This document shows, piece after piece, positions 1 through 14,049 of a stretch of DNA of 64,000 bases. Source of the stretch: Carcharhinus amblyrhynchos (taxonomy: Eukaryota). Both the position numbers and the translations under genes were made by a program. The stretch spans positions 26,102,001 through 26,166,000 of the forward strand of contig OZ336886.1 in assembly GCA_965287045.1 (NCBI GenBank). Reading direction: 5' to 3'. Every line of letters starts with the position of its first letter. Within the stretch, counting starts at the first letter, position 1. The notes below the pieces were generated by a model. The model was not told the DNA's origin. It ran no database searches and saw only the letters and a program-made list of their open reading frames with translations.

Positions 1-110
1 GATGGTGAGGGGAGATGTGGGGAAGAATGAACACTGCTGCCCTGCGTATTGATTGTTTGGGGGGAGAGAGAGGGGAGGGGGGTTGCAAACAGCTGCAGGG
101 CCCCACAGTA

Positions 111-406
111 AAGTTTAAAGTTTATTTATTAGTGTCAGAAGAAGGCTTACATCAACACTGCAATGAAGTTACAATGAAAATCCCCTAATCGCCACACTTT
201 GGCACCTGTTCAGGTACACTGAGGGAGAATTTAACACCTAAGCTGCACGTCTTTTGGACAGTGGGAGGAAACCAATGCACCCGGAGGAAATCCACACAAA
301 AGCGGAGCGAACGTGCAGATTCCACACAGAGAGTGACTCAAGCAGGAATCTAACCCGGGACCCTGGCGCTGAGGCAGCAGTGCTAACCACTGTGCCACCA
401 TGTGCC
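111..406 (-). mobile_element. tRNA-derived shark SINE (HE1-like head, aataaataaacttt-type tail)
   Basis: The reverse strand starts ggcacatggtggcacagtggttagcactgctgcctcag (pol III A-box head), has a B-box-like gggttagattcc, and ends gtaacttcattgcagtgttgatgtaagcc...ctaataaataaactttaaacttt. The same family recurs at 14793, 27405, 28358 and 62582. Confidence 0.9.
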
Positions 407-419
407 AGTAGTATGGAGG

Positions 420-727
420 ATGAGTGGGTGCCATGTTTAGGCCATAGAGACCAGCTGTACCAGCAGAGGATGTGTGACAAATCTCTGCTGCTTGCAGAGC
501 AGAGACCTACACATGCGCAATTGCTACTATCAGCTGGCACTCTGGTGATTTAAGCCCTGCCCCCTACCCCTACTGGCAAGAAATGGATTTCCGGATTCTT
601 TCATGCACTGAGTACATAAGATTCAACATTTGGATTCATCGAAAAAATGGTGTCGAGAAAATGGTTCTGAAACTCTCCCGTTTTCATGCTTGCTCTGGAC
701 TTAGAATTTTTTTCATAAGATCACCCC
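420..727 (-). mobile_element. Terminal part of a non-autonomous Harbinger-type DNA transposon/MITE
   Basis: Ends ...cttagaatttttttcataagatcacccc. This is the reverse complement of the ggg..aatctta..aaaattctaagt ends seen at 14404, 18889, 42781 and 57899. Confidence 0.55.
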
Positions 728-1699
728 AGTGAATTTTCTCTTGACTTGAAAAGGCCTATTTATTCAGGTCAGATTATTGAATAGATACTTTCCTGTTTTA
801 TATGGTGCATGGTTGGATTGAAATTGGAGACAACAATATGAAATTCAGTGGGGAACTGAATTACATCTAGCCTAGTCTACTCAGTCTCTCCTCCATGTTA
901 TTGGGTGTTTAGGATTGTAAGATTATATGGACCTGGAGAAACCGTAGCACCCTCAATTATGATGTACAGAATCATGTGGGAACAGGAAAGTACAGTGGTA
1001 GCATGTTAGAGGTTGGAATGAAGATAGCACATAGGACTAAAATATATATGCATATATATTATGTTGTTAATAAACAGTATTGTTTAACCATATAAACCTC
1101 TAGACTTCTTTATGCAGCAACATACCACCTTAAAGCACATTTCACCTTGATTCAAAAAAATTGTTAATGGCCAATTGGTCAGTAATGTTGTAATGGTTAG
1201 TTACATTGAATTTGCACACTTTGCCTTAAAGATAAAACAGTGGATTATTTCAGCTTGTATTCTTTATCTTGTGTAGACTCCTTATTTGTTAGGAGCACTT
1301 ATTAGTCTAGTAATGGGCATTTTGTTTCGATGGTGGCTTTGGCAAAATAATGTAGTTGCTTCCCACAGACACACTCACAGCCCCAAAGAAAATACAATAA
1401 AAGACATTCCTATCCATTTTTTAATTGTAATTGTTAGTAGGAGAACAGAAATAAATGGAATCGAACTCTTATGAACTTTCTGATTAATTACTTATTCTTC
1501 AACGACAGAGTAATTGAGATACTTCTAATATAACCATATGTTGTTAGCTAGTCTGTTGTTACTTTCCAATACTTGTAGGGTTAGTGTACTAAAATGTTAC
1601 AAAGGCAGCATTGATTGGATCATAAAATATCTTTGAAATAAGAGATGGACATTGTGGCAGTGAGAAAACAGGTTGTAATTTTCCCCTTCAGATATTTGT

Positions 1700-1800
1700 A
1701 GAACGTAGAACAGTACAGTACAGTACAAGCCCTTAGGCCCTCGATGTTGTGCCAAGCTATGTTCAAACCCAAGATCAAGCTGTTCCCATTCCCTATCATT
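1700..1800 (-). mobile_element. CR1 LINE 3' tail fragment
   Basis: agaacgtagaacagtacagtacagtacaagcccttaggccctcgatgttgtgcc is the reverse complement of a typical shark CR1 3' UTR plus its short tandem tail. Confidence 0.65.
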
Positions 1801-1886
1801 TGTCATGGGAGGAGTTTTCTCCTACACCACACCAGGTTTTAATGAACTTTCATGAAAGTTCATTAAAAATCCAGCTTGCAGGAATT

Positions 1887-2225
1887 ATAGAAACCCTATA
1901 GTGCAGATGGAGGCCATTCAGCCCATTGAGTCTGCACTGACAATGATCCCACCTAGGCCTTACCCCCACTACACCACACATTTACCTCACTAATCCCTCT
2001 AACCTACACATTCCAGGACACTAGTAGGCAGTTTAACATGGACAATAAACCTAACCCGCACATCTTTGGACTGTGGGAGGAAACCAAAGCACGCGGAGGA
2101 AACCCACGCAAACACGGGGAGAATGTGCAAACTCCATACAGACAGTGGTCAGAAGCCAGGAATTGAACACAGGTCCTTGGAGCTGTGAAGCAGCAGTGCT
2201 AACCACTGTGCCACTGTGCTGCCCC
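1887..2225 (-). mobile_element. HE1 SINE (tRNA head, CR1/HER1-derived tail)
   Basis: Reverse strand head ggggcagcacagtggcacagtggttagcactgctgcttcacagctcc; tail gtgcagactcaatgggctgaatggcctccatctgcactatagggtttctat. Confidence 0.9.
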
Positions 2226-3989
2226 TTGAATCACCATTTGCATCATCAAATCTAATTTCCCTACCAACAGATAATTAGACTGGTCTACTTCACAACCAGA
2301 TATAACTGGCATCTACCTGACGAACTGACTTCACCTGCAACTCACAGTTTCTACGTGCAGTGTTCACCTACTTTTCACTGCGTTACTTTTGCGGCTGCCC
2401 TGACTCTGTGCAAAGCTGCTCAGGCAAGACCAACAGGAAGCGAAGATGGGGGGAGTCACACAGATGACTGGGGTGTGGGCGACTGAGACATAGGCAGTCT
2501 AAGGCAATATATGGCATATAGTTGGGGCCAGAGAGTGAAACTGTTTTGGGCTGTGTGCATCATGCTACAAGGCAGTGCTTGGGGCACCTGTTTTGATCCC
2601 AGTCTAGGGAGGTGGAGGGCCTGTCTGTGCAGTGCTGATCATGCATAGCATGGTGTGAAAGGCAGAGTCAGTGACTCGTACGTTTAGGTCCTGGGGGTTG
2701 GTGACTTCATATTGGGAAGCAGATAGCATAGTCACCATTAGGAGAAGCATCTGCAGCCTTAAATAATGAACAGATAAGTAAGAGGGGGACATTTGGTGGT
2801 CACATGGGGTGTGTGTCTAAAAGTTTCTGTACATCAAGATGAGAGGGATAAGGTTGATAATGGGCATGGGTACATGCACAGAAAACAGTTCAGGTGTATG
2901 GAAAAGCACATCTAATGTATAATGATGGGCTTCAGGATTTAAAGGGGGAAGTAGGTGAATGATCAGAGGGAGGGAGACTTACACATGATGCTCTTCCAGG
3001 ACAAAAGGAGGGATTTGGATGGTGATGAGGGTGTAGTTTTGAAGATGGTCTCATAGTAGAAGTGGAGCAGCACCATTTTGACAGGTGATGGAATGACACA
3101 GTTGAAAAATAACCAAGGAAACAAATAACTATGGGAGCAGTCTGAGGGCTTGTGGGAGGATTCAACCACTGTAGCTTTGAGCTAATTAAAAGGGTAACTT
3201 AAGACTTTTTGCTCCAGGACATGGAGAGCAAGACTTAGCTGCGACATATTAGGATGACTCAAATGCCAATTGAAGGATTCAGCATCTTAACTCATGATGC
3301 ATATTCTTGCGAAAATCAGTTAGGGTTTGGGGCCACATGTAGATTGGGTATGAATAATCATTTGTCCCTCTCATATGAATGTGCAAAGATCAGAGGATCC
3401 AACTATGAAGGGGCAAACAGATGAAGTACATATGCAAAATGCTGCAGCACATCAACACATTGCAGCTAAGTTTAGGCTTTACATGGCTCAAAGATTAACA
3501 GTCATGACATTACTGTGCTCTACTCTAAAAGAGGCAGCCTGCCAGTGCCCTGGCTGTGGCTGATGGTGCCTGGCTGTGCTCATCCAGATCCAACACATTC
3601 TGTGAATGTGCTGTCATGCCTGGGGCATAGGGAGGGAACTCCACTTCCAAGTGATCCTTAAGGCTGTGTTACAACTGCAAGGGATGAACTTGGGATGGAA
3701 TGTCTGGAGCAAAGGTTGGCCAAGTTCTTCATTGTAATTCTCTAGCTTGGCAATGGAAGGTGAGCATTACATGTTAAGGTTCAATCATGCTTCTGAATTA
3801 TTATTCCATAGACACCAGGAGAAATATTAAGTGGAAGCAGTAGACAATATTGCCTTCTTCATGGCTTTCATGTAACTGATGAGGAGAAAAAGGATGATCA
3901 CCATGAGGTGGTGTAAGGAAAGGGCTTTGCCCCCAGGAACATGAACCACTGGAGTCCCATGAAGACCCAGAATCTGAGGATGGAAGATC

Positions 3990-4900
3990 AATTCATGGTG
4001 TGGCCCAAGGTATATTGACAACGTCCTTGTCGATGAGTGAACAATGAAGTCGAAGACTCCTTCACTTGTCGAGGAATGTGATGGCTCCTATGTGTAACAT
4101 TCTTTGAGAGGATCTGATGTGATACAGCCTGTGAGGCAATCTGTTGCCAGTGGCTTTTAGAGTAACCATCACTACTTTTTTGCGAGTGGCTCATTACAAG
4201 TGTCCATTCGGAGGGACTTCTGTGGAATGTCACAATCCTGTACTCATACATGTAAGTGAAAGTTCACCAACATCCTATTCAGTAAGGCACACAATTACAT
4301 CCAGTTCTCCCTGAAAGAAGCCAGACAGGCTGTCAGAGCAGCAATCTCTGGTTTGTCACAAGTGCAGGGTGCCATTGACTGGACGCATTACAAGCTCCCT
4401 GGCAGCAGCCACAATGATTCATCAATAGAAAAGTCTTCCACTCAATGTGCAGCCGACCTGTGATCACCAAAAGTAGATTATAAAATTCTGTGCAAGGGCC
4501 TGGGAGTTCGCACAACTCTTATATCTTGAGTCACGTGCAGCTGCCACAGATCTTTGAAGGCCTTTTAGTGCATTCAGAATTGGTTCATCATGATAAAACT
4601 ACCCCCCAAATGAAGTCCATTCAGCAGTGACACAGTGCTTCAGAGGAGAGGTACAGAGTGGCTCCTGTACAACTGGTATTCTTGATTGAGCATTGGTAAC
4701 TTGAGGATATCTGATTTCAGATACCTGGACTGGTCAGGCAGTGCTATCTAGTGTCCAACCCATAGGGTCTCCTGAATTATTGTGGTTTGCTGTGTTCTAC
4801 ATACCTGATCATCCAAAGTGGGGATGAGTTGCCAGATGGAGGGACAGAGGAGCTGTGCTTCTCCTCCAATGAGGAGGACGACAAAAGAGATAGCAGGAAG
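3990..4900 (+). pseudogene. Decayed PIF/Harbinger (HARBI1-like) DDE transposase, copy 1
   Basis: Manual translation across stops and frameshifts gives LHLSRNVMAPMCNIL, SGSLQ..CGMSQS..FTNILFSKAHNYIQF, QVQGAIDWTH, FINRKVFHS, PGSSHNSYIL and HDKNYP. These match the Harbinger motifs GAIDCTH, NRKGFHS, PGSxHDS and GDxGYP. Confidence 0.85.
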
Positions 4901-6749
4901 AGGTTAAAGATGTTGACATCCCACAGTAAGAGACCATAGTAGAAGCCAGATGCATAAGACATGCTGTGAGATCCTTATAACCACAAGTTTTCAGATTGCT
5001 GAAGATAACCACCTCATTCAAACCCATTTCATGTGTCCCCTCCACGCAGGGTAGATATTAACAGCTTTCTTGTTTTCCTCAATATCGTAATGAGTCGCCA
5101 CTATCTTACCTGACAATGGCCTCATTCTTGGAGGGCTAGGAAGTCTATGGAGCATGTGGTCATTCTGTAATGGGATAAGAACTCCACCTCTGCTCACTGT
5201 GAAGCAAATAAACATGGTGCAGTCCTTTAAATCATTATGCCTACTCTAGCAGCTTTCACAAGGAAGGAAAAGTACTTCAAAGATCAGTGAACTTATGGCA
5301 GCATGCCTGGCACATTGTAATCTGCCTCAAGGAGGACAATAATCAATCATTAGTTTTTGCTTGACCTTCTGAAGTCTGATCTAAATCCAGACAGCAGCGT
5401 CTCTCCAAAGGCTATCTCTCATGCAACAATATTATCTGGCGTCATCCTCATACTGATTCCCCGACATGAGATTATTCTTTAGAATTCTATGATCTGTCAC
5501 TCTTAGTCAAGGATGTGAGCCTGTGGCACATAGGGAAAGCTTCAGCAACACCATCGTCTGATCATTGGCAAGCACTCATGATTTAGCCTTTGTCTGGAAC
5601 TTTGCAATTTCACATCCAACATTTCCTTGGCATCTGGGCATGAGGTGGCCCAGTCAATCTTGACACTGCATTTAAGCATTACTTAGTAATTTCATTGATA
5701 ATGAGCACATAGCAGATGTTTATTATTAGAGGTCTCCACATTTTCATTCTAACAGATTAAGCTATCCCTAAGGAATTCTAGGAAATTGATGGCACTGTCA
5801 CAATCAGGTAACCATGTTGATTGCCCTTCTGAGAGTGAGCTCAGCGATTCTGTCAAGCCATGCTAGCCATACCGTTAGGTGCAAACCAGCATCTTTACAT
5901 GTAATAGGCTGGCATCATGAGGCTGGACACACATCTAAAACATTGCATAGTTGTGGCTGTCGAACAGACATTTCAGGAGTCATCAAGTGCCAGCTAAGTC
6001 CATTGTTGTGCATCATGCAGGTGGAGAGCTGGAACTATTATAGGGGTAATGTTTAGATACAAACACAATCATGCTGCGGGAACCATGAATGGCTAAGGCC
6101 CCTGACTGTTACTAAAACTGTAATCTACAACCAAATCTGATAGACATTACACTGAAAATGCACCAGATTGGAGGAACTTCAATGTGGGTCACCATTAAAT
6201 CATGTAACATCCACAGAGGACAGAATTCAGTGCAGTGGCACAAAACTGCAAACTTTGTACTCATGAAGCCCATATGATATGATCTTCTGACAAAAGTCTT
6301 ACACATGAATTGCCTAACCATCATGTCACTTCACTGGACAGAAAGGCAACTTCCTGAACTGAGATTGAGCAAAACACCATAGGTTTGAGGGACACAATGG
6401 GAAGTAAGTGAGGAGAGGGAGAGCATTTGTTACACTTGTATGATCTTGAAACATTGCATCAGATAGAAGCACCTTTCACGAGATGAATCTTCCAGATAAG
6501 CAAAATGTATCTACAGATGTGCAAAGTATAATCAGTGAGTGAACATTCAAGACACCATTTTGCTCTCAGTATTTCTTAATTTTCCAAACCCTATTATCTT
6601 GGTACATTCCCAGCATTCACAACAAAGGTGGAGGTGGCCTGCTGAATGCTACACTCTGTTGTCTGAGATGAATTTGGTGAACATCCTCTGGAGGCCCAAG
6701 GCCTGGAGGTTCCCAGCTTGCTTTGGGTCTCTAGCTGTGGGACAGGTTT

Positions 6750-7470
6750 AATTTGATTTGATTTATCATTGTCACGTGTATAACATACAGTGAAAAGTAA
6801 TATTTCTTGCACACTATACAGACAAAGCATACTGTTCATAGAGAAGGAAATGAGAGAGTACAGAATGTAGTGTTGCAATCATAGCTAGGGTGTAGAGAAA
6901 GATCAACTTAATGCAAGGTAAGTCCATTCAAAAGTCAGGGAAGAAGCTGTTCTTGAGTCGGTTGGTACGTGACCTCAAACTTTTTATATCTTTTTCCCAA
7001 AGGAAGAAGATGGAAGAGAGAAAATCTGGGGTACGTGAGATTCTTAATTATGCTGGCTGCTTTGCTGAGGCAGCGGGAAGTATAGACAGAGTCAATGGAT
7101 GGAGGCTGGTTTGCGTGATGGAGCAGGCTACATTCACAACCTTTTGTAGTTTCTTGTGGTCTTGGGCAAGGCCGGAGCCATATCAAGCTGTGATACAACC
7201 AGAAAGAATGGTACATCTGTAAAAACTGGTGAGAGTCATAGCTGACATGCTAAATGTTGTTTGTCTTCTGAGGAAGTAGAGGCATTGTTGGGCTTTCTTA
7301 ACTATAGTGCCGGCATGTGGGGCCAGGACAGGTCGTTGGTGATCTGGACACCTAAAAACTTGAAGCTCTTGATCCCTTCTACTTCGTCTCCATTGATGTA
7401 GACAAGGGCATGTTCTCCTTTACACGACCTGAAGTCGATGACAATCTCTTCCATTTTGTTGACATTGAGT
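6750..7470 (-). mobile_element. Rex1/Babar-type LINE, 3' part
   Basis: Tail gacaatgataaatcaaatcaaatt on the reverse strand; body homologous to the RT-bearing copy at 61045-62344. Confidence 0.85.
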
Positions 7471-7769
7471 TGACAGCTGTACTCTCCTCAGCCTGGATTG
7501 AGACTGAGGAGAAGATTGATTTGCCTTGACGGAATGGAAAGGATCATTCATCCTTTTTCCTGCACTGGAGAATGTTATTCTGAGATCACTGGCAACCTCC
7601 TTCTAAGCATGCATTGTGAAGTCAGTGGACCTCCGACTCCCATCATTGGATTAGAGGGCCAATGACCGGTCCTCTCCTGGCCCCTTTTGCTGATTATCAG
7701 AACAAATAGTTTCTTTCTACAGTCTAGAACAAGAAGTTCTAGGCTGTAGAGAGTACTTGTCTGGGTGCC

Positions 7770-7924
7770 TTTTAAATATGGTGTCCGGCCCAACAAGTTC
7801 CGACGGCGCCGGATATCCGGCGCTGGGAGATGCACGCGCGATGGGAACGCATATTGGCCAGCACGCAATTCTCCCAGCTGGCTGTGCTAAAAGATTAGCA
7901 TGGCAGGCTGGGAAAATAGCCCCC
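7770..7924. mobile_element. CpG-rich MITE end with subterminal hairpin
   Basis: Contains the perfect palindrome gcgccggatatccggcgc (7806-7823), the hairpin cccagc..tgctaa-aaga-ttagca..gctggg, and the TIR-like end gggaaaatagcccc that resembles the other MITE right ends. Confidence 0.55.
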
Positions 7925-8545
7925 TTAGTTTCTAAAGTGGAAAATTGTGTGTTCATGCAAACAAAAAGTCTAGTCAGGTTAAGTAGGCAACCTAAATCCT
8001 ACCAAAATAAAATGCCAAACCTAGGACTATCTGGTAGATAATTGATAGGTTTCCTATTTGTTTTCCAGCCTATTCAGTAATGCAAGCCAACCAGCATTGT
8101 TCATTTAACTTAAAAAATGATATATTGTTACAGATATTTTGTGTGCATGAGAGATTTCAAATTACATTGATTAATTCTGATTCATGGGGAGTTTTGCACT
8201 GTAGGATCTTGGCCACTATTATTTGGATTTAGACTGGTTAAAGTGATCTTACATAGGATGGAAAACTTTAACAGACTATGAGGTTGAAAGTCATCTTGGG
8301 TGGTGATGCAAAGCAAGTGGTATCAGATCAGTTGCTCATTATTCTGTGCCTGATATTTAATTCAGTTGATTTCTATGGAACTGAATACTCGGCGCTGTGT
8401 ACAATAATGACATAATAATGATGGATGATTCAGTATTACTCTCTAATACTCCAATAATCAGAAACAAATCACAAAACTTAAAACATCATACCAAAATGTG
8501 GTTAATTAGATCAATAAAACATTCCAATCCCCATGGCTGCTGTTA

Positions 8546-8852
8546 CATAAGAACTAGGAGCAGGAGTACACCATCTGGCCCCTCGAGCCTGCTCCACCAT
8601 CTAATAAGGTCATAGCTGATCTTTTTGTGAACTCGGCTCCATTTATCCACCTGTTCACCAAACCCTTAATTCCCTTACTGTTCAAAAATATATCTATCCT
8701 TGCCTTAAAAACATTCAGTCAGGTAGCTTCAACTGCTTCACTGGGCAGAGAATTCCACAGATACACAACCCTTTGTGTGAAGAAGTTTCTCCTCAATTCA
8801 GTCCTAAATTTGCTTCCTCTTATTTTGAGGCTATCCCCCTAGTTCTAGTTTC
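8546..8852 (-). mobile_element. CR1 LINE 3' fragment
   Basis: Tail cataagaactaggagcaggagta; the reverse strand encodes FRTELRRNFFTQRVV-like C-terminal CR1 ORF2. Confidence 0.85.
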
Positions 8853-11257
8853 ATGTTTATATTATGCAGTGAATTTGGTAATAATTGAAAAATTGGTCAT
8901 CTGCAAAATTTGATCATGGTGTAGTTGTTTGTAAAATGCAATGAATAATTTGGCTGAGACTTTCACTGATGCCAGGAGAAGGTGCTTACAGATCAGCAAA
9001 ACTAAAGGTGGTTAACCTGATACTAGCAATATCCATTTAATCAGAATATAATATAACCATTTAACTTTGTTTTTTTGATATACCTCTCAAAACCCAATTG
9101 CAAGGATGATCATATTCTTGTCAAAATTCTATTCTGGCCCCAGAGATGAAAGAAAGATTTGTTGACCTAGCATGTCATTCAGTTCATCAAGATTGGTTAC
9201 TTGAAATTTGTAACTTCAGAAAGAACCTAAGAATGTTAAACATGGCCAGTACACTTGGGACAGGTGTGTGTCACCTTAGCTCTATCAATTTCTTATCCAG
9301 CATGTTCTATCTTACAAGAATAGCCATAATATGATAAAATCATTAAATTATTACTAACTTTGCTGGTTAAAGAACGTATAAGCATGCCCATGATTTCTAA
9401 ATCAACAGTAGACTAATTAAAAATGAAACTCCTCAGGGAATTTTATTTGAACCATCTAGAAAACTATAATTTGCAATACCATTGATATTATGTTGTATAT
9501 AATTTGGGACAACTTGTGTGCAGTTCTGATGCATGCAAATCCATTTACTGGCAAAAAAGTAGTTCCCTCTCAGACATAAGACATCAGGACTTATAGATGA
9601 CATTGCCGATGCACTCAGCTTTTCAATGGTTAGCTATACATTTTATCAATATGATACATCATTTTTAGAATATATCAGTGGGTGTTCTCCTTTCTTAACA
9701 CAGATGGTAATAATTCAATATCAACAGTGTGAAAAGTATTAGAAAATTAATGTCCTCAAAGAATAAAAACAATGAAAGCAAGCTGAACAACCATACTTAT
9801 CACAAACATTTTGAATGGATTTCTGTGGTGATTCCATTGAATAAGACCCAGTATTGGACTTGGAAAAACAAAAAAGACCATTGATAACAATCTAGACCAC
9901 CTAATCATCACCAGAGTATGATTTGACTGGTTGTGACAAATGTAGTGTTTTTGGTCAGATTTTCTTGATTAACGTTTGGTAAAAATAAAAAATATTTAAA
10001 GCCTCAATTTAGCTCCGTGCATCGAGCAGAAATACTATAATCAGTCTATTCATATCCAAGTCTGGCTTCAAACAACTTTTTCATCTATCCTTGTATTAGT
10101 ATTGATCTGATTTTCAAGTGTAATTATGATTCAGCTTTTACTTTATTGACAGAAACAATAGAGACAAAATGGTGATTAAAACTGAATTTAGTTGCTAGAT
10201 CAATTTATTATCAGTGTTATTGCCCCAAAATTATTTTGATGATATTTAAGATGATCAGAGCTTGAATCTAGTGCCGTAACATGTGACGGGTAGACCAATT
10301 AAGCTATCAGAGGAATCCTAGATTTCTACATATCAATGACTTACAGTCCTCATGGTTAACTTCCTTTAGATCCTAATTGCATCTAAAGGGTCTTTATGGT
10401 TACTATGAAGTAATATCCATGGCTATCAGACCAGCAATATAGCATGAACTCAGTGCCCTCACCTCCACAGACTAACACTGATGCAAAACCAACTTCTTAG
10501 AAGAGTCTAATCGGCTCCATAGACAGTGCTGCACTATTAATTGGGTATGAAGAAACGCTGTCTTTATGTTGTTTCACAAACTTTCATTTGTTTTCAAATA
10601 CACAAGACAATTGTGTAAATCTGCTCAGAATAAATCAGCACATCACTATGTGTTGTGGCCCATCAGCACTCAGAAAACAGAGCCTCTTTGATTTCCAGTT
10701 TTCAGATTTTCAATTTACAGGCATTCATTGTGAAATACTGAAGTGTAAGTTACAACTAGCCCTCACAATAAAGGAATAATTAGAAAAAAAGCAGCATTTA
10801 TTCTTAAAATAGGTGCAAGATTATGTTTGTATGATAAACAATTAGTAATCAGCTTCATGAAATGCCAAATTATTGAATGGCAGCAATATTCTCTGTTGCT
10901 AGGCAATCCCAATGGATACTGATACAAAAGTAAAATACAGTAGATGCTGTTTTATGGCTATATTGCAATAGATCTCTGTTACTATTACAGCACAGCTGGC
11001 TAGTGCTAGTGTGGCAGTTTTGAGTACCGTTGTGTCTTCTGCATGAAAAGGCTAAGCACAAATGTTTATATTAATGTCAACAATATTGGAATTTGAATCC
11101 CATAGTAAAACCCAGGGTAACAAAATTCTTGTTAAGGCAAAAAGGATAAGCACAAATTTAGAATGTAAATGCACAGTGTTCATTAAATAAAGATTACATG
11201 CTTTAAATTAACATTTCACTAGTCAAGGCAAGGCATAATACACAAGTTCAACACATT

Positions 11258-11638
11258 TTCTAATTGGCAGTCAGTGACTAGTGGGGTTCCACAGGGATCT
11301 GTGCTAGGACCCCAATTTTCACATTATATACTAATGATTTGGAAGAAGGAACTGAATGTATTATCTCCAAATTTACAAATGTAAATTTGCAGCAATTTGG
11401 GCAATTTTTTCACACAGAGGGTGGTGAATGTCTGAAACAAGCTGCCTGAAGTAGTAATGGAGGCGGGTAAAATTTTATCTTTTAAAAAGCATTTAGAGAG
11501 TTACACGAGTAAGATGACTATCAAAGAATATGGGCCAAACGAGGGTTATTGGGACGAGCTTAGTAGTTTAAAAAAAGAGTAGCATGGACAAGTTGGGCCG
11601 AAGGGCCTGTTTTCATACTGTAAACCTCTATGACTCTA
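11258..11638 (+). mobile_element. Internally deleted CR1 LINE fragment
   Basis: VTSGVPQGSVLGP-encoding segment joined to an FFTQRVV segment and the tail aaacctctatgactcta. Confidence 0.8.
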
Positions 11639-14049
11639 AATTAAGACTTTTCATCATTAAGCTTATGTCTCGCACAATTTGATAACTTAAGCATTATTAA
11701 GTACGCAGATGTGCCATTGAGATGGTCTAACAGTAAATACTCAGCAAGTAGCAAGGTGATGCAGTTTTATATTGCGCACTTTTGGTGTTCAGCCAACTGC
11801 CGTAGGCTGCATGATATGATTAAACGTACAGAATATCTACACAGCTTTACTTTGAATGTTTCCCATGAATACCCATTGCACAGCAGGTCACGCTTTGCAG
11901 CAGCTTTTTTTCTCTACGTGCTCCATTGCTCAGCTTCCTAAATGCTACTTCTCCAATTAATCATTGTGGATTGTATGTTAAAGCACCGCCATTGCGTTTA
12001 CCCTGGCAATTGAGTATTATCAGTTTTGTTACTGTAATTTCAGGACAAAATAATACATAAAAGGGAGTGAAATTGCATGGGAAGCTATGTGGGTATCGGA
12101 CTCCTACTGTCCTCTGTCCTCTCAATCCTTTTGAGGAGAGAATCAGAGACTAAGTACAGCAAAGCCACAGAAGAGGCAGTATATGAGGAATTCAGAGGCT
12201 TGGCTTCAGCCCAGAGTTTAAGACAAAATTCAGTCGCCCCTCTTTTCTCTTCTGGTTCACTAGCTTACTACAAAATAGAAATACAATGTTATGTTGTTTA
12301 TTTAGCAAAATGTTACAAATGGAAAGTAATACCCATTAAATCAAATAATTTTATAATTTTCTTCCCTCTGATTCCCCTGTTTTTTTGCAACTTCTCATCA
12401 GATCAGCAACTTCTCAACAGACAAAACCCACTTAAGAATGTCAGTGGAATGGATATGAGCATGTTTCACCTAATTCCTGTCATTGCACATTGATAGATAG
12501 GGCCATTAGGTAGCTTGTCATGCTGACGCACATCTGAATATATGAACTACAGATATGAACTTATGAAGTATTATCCTGAAATTGAGATTTCCTAACACAA
12601 AATTGAGTTGAGAGTTCAGGTGGCCTTTTTTTTGCTAACTAATGGAACAACAAGAACACTAAGCTAATTTTCGACTCTGGACAAGTCTTGGTGTTGTCAT
12701 TAAAATGCAAATGATCCTTCCTGTGATAATGGCTGCACTTCTTCAACTAATTATAAAAACTGGGTTCCCAATACTATTACAGCTTCTGCAATTCCAACAT
12801 GAACTATTTGTGACCCTAGAAGGTGTGACTCTGAAGACGAAAGCTATGGAAGGTGAAGCCCCTAGAATGTTGTAAGATAACTTGCAATGAACTCTATTGT
12901 TGTAAAGAGATTGGCTGTTACTGTGCTATTAGTTCCTGATATTGTATTAGTTTGTTGGTTTATTACTTTCTTAATGCCAATGAAGGGAAAATAATCTACC
13001 TAAGAACACATGCTCTTAAGCCATGTATAAGTGAAAATCAATTTGGCCATCACTTTTCTACCTGAGAAACTTTACCAGGACTCTGCTATTGTGCCTTGAC
13101 TGGGGTATGAGAAGAGGCCATGCCTACCAGCTCTCCTCTGTTTGTAACAAGCTACTTTAATGAGTGCAGTTAGTGTTAAAACATCCCTCCAGCTTATGAA
13201 CTAAACTAAGCTCATCCCCCATCCAATTCTATCAGGTTTCCAGATGGTATCACAAGGTATGGCTAACTGTCAGCCCTAGTATCTTATGAATTATAGAGAT
13301 TGATTATGAAATTGTTTGTACCTCGCAAAATTGCTGTCAACGAGTAAACTCATTTCATATTTCAGCAGAATGACATGCAATTACCCACTTTAATGGGGTC
13401 TGAATATGTTATGCACAGGCTGATTAACCAATGACCTCTAAATTTACACAATATCAAATAGAAAAATGGACTTGTATATTGTATAACAAATCATCATAGA
13501 GTCCTGTAATCCTTAGATAGATATAGTATACATGCCACCTGACAAGTTGAAGCTAGAACTATGTTTGCCTAACTTGACCAACAGCAGGTAGTTCTCACAC
13601 ATTTTTCCTGTACATCTCCCTATCATGACCAGTTTTGTAATCTTTTCATCATTCACTACAAAAATGATATGTGAATTATTTCAGTTGAAAGGTTTCACAA
13701 AAGGTACTGCAGAGAGAGACAGTGTCACTTCCTTAGGGATAAATTTGGCACTCTAGTTTGTCTACACGAGAAGTATTTTTTGAAGAAACATTAAAGTTGA
13801 CAGTTTGCAAAACATTGACTTTAAAGCTCATGTCCCAAAGAGATTGGGATATTTTGGAGATTTTCCTTTGCAGCAGGCAACTTCATGAATAGGGTGTAAT
13901 TCTCTCTAATGTGTTATGAACCAGATATGTTGGACCCTAATAAGGCAACTGGTAATAATGACCTGGACCTTTTTTTTGTCAGATCTGCAGCTCTTGTAAT
14001 TTCTGTCCCTCTATTAAACTTTTCTATTCAAACAATAGACATTCCTTTT

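Noticed and set aside
340-406. tRNA gene
   Set aside because: The A/B-box-like sequence belongs to SINE heads that continue into SINE body and tail; there is no complete cloverleaf.
231-553. Short ORFs such as VAQWLALLP..PGSIP / KPTQTRGECANS recurring across the window
   Set aside because: They are chance translations of SINE copies, not genes.
3990-4900. Domesticated host HARBI1 gene
   Set aside because: Multiple stops and frameshifts and three divergent copies indicate transposon relics.
12077-12493. 138-aa ORF as a real gene
   Set aside because: No recognisable domain, it runs into AT-rich intron-like sequence, and it lacks convincing splice support.
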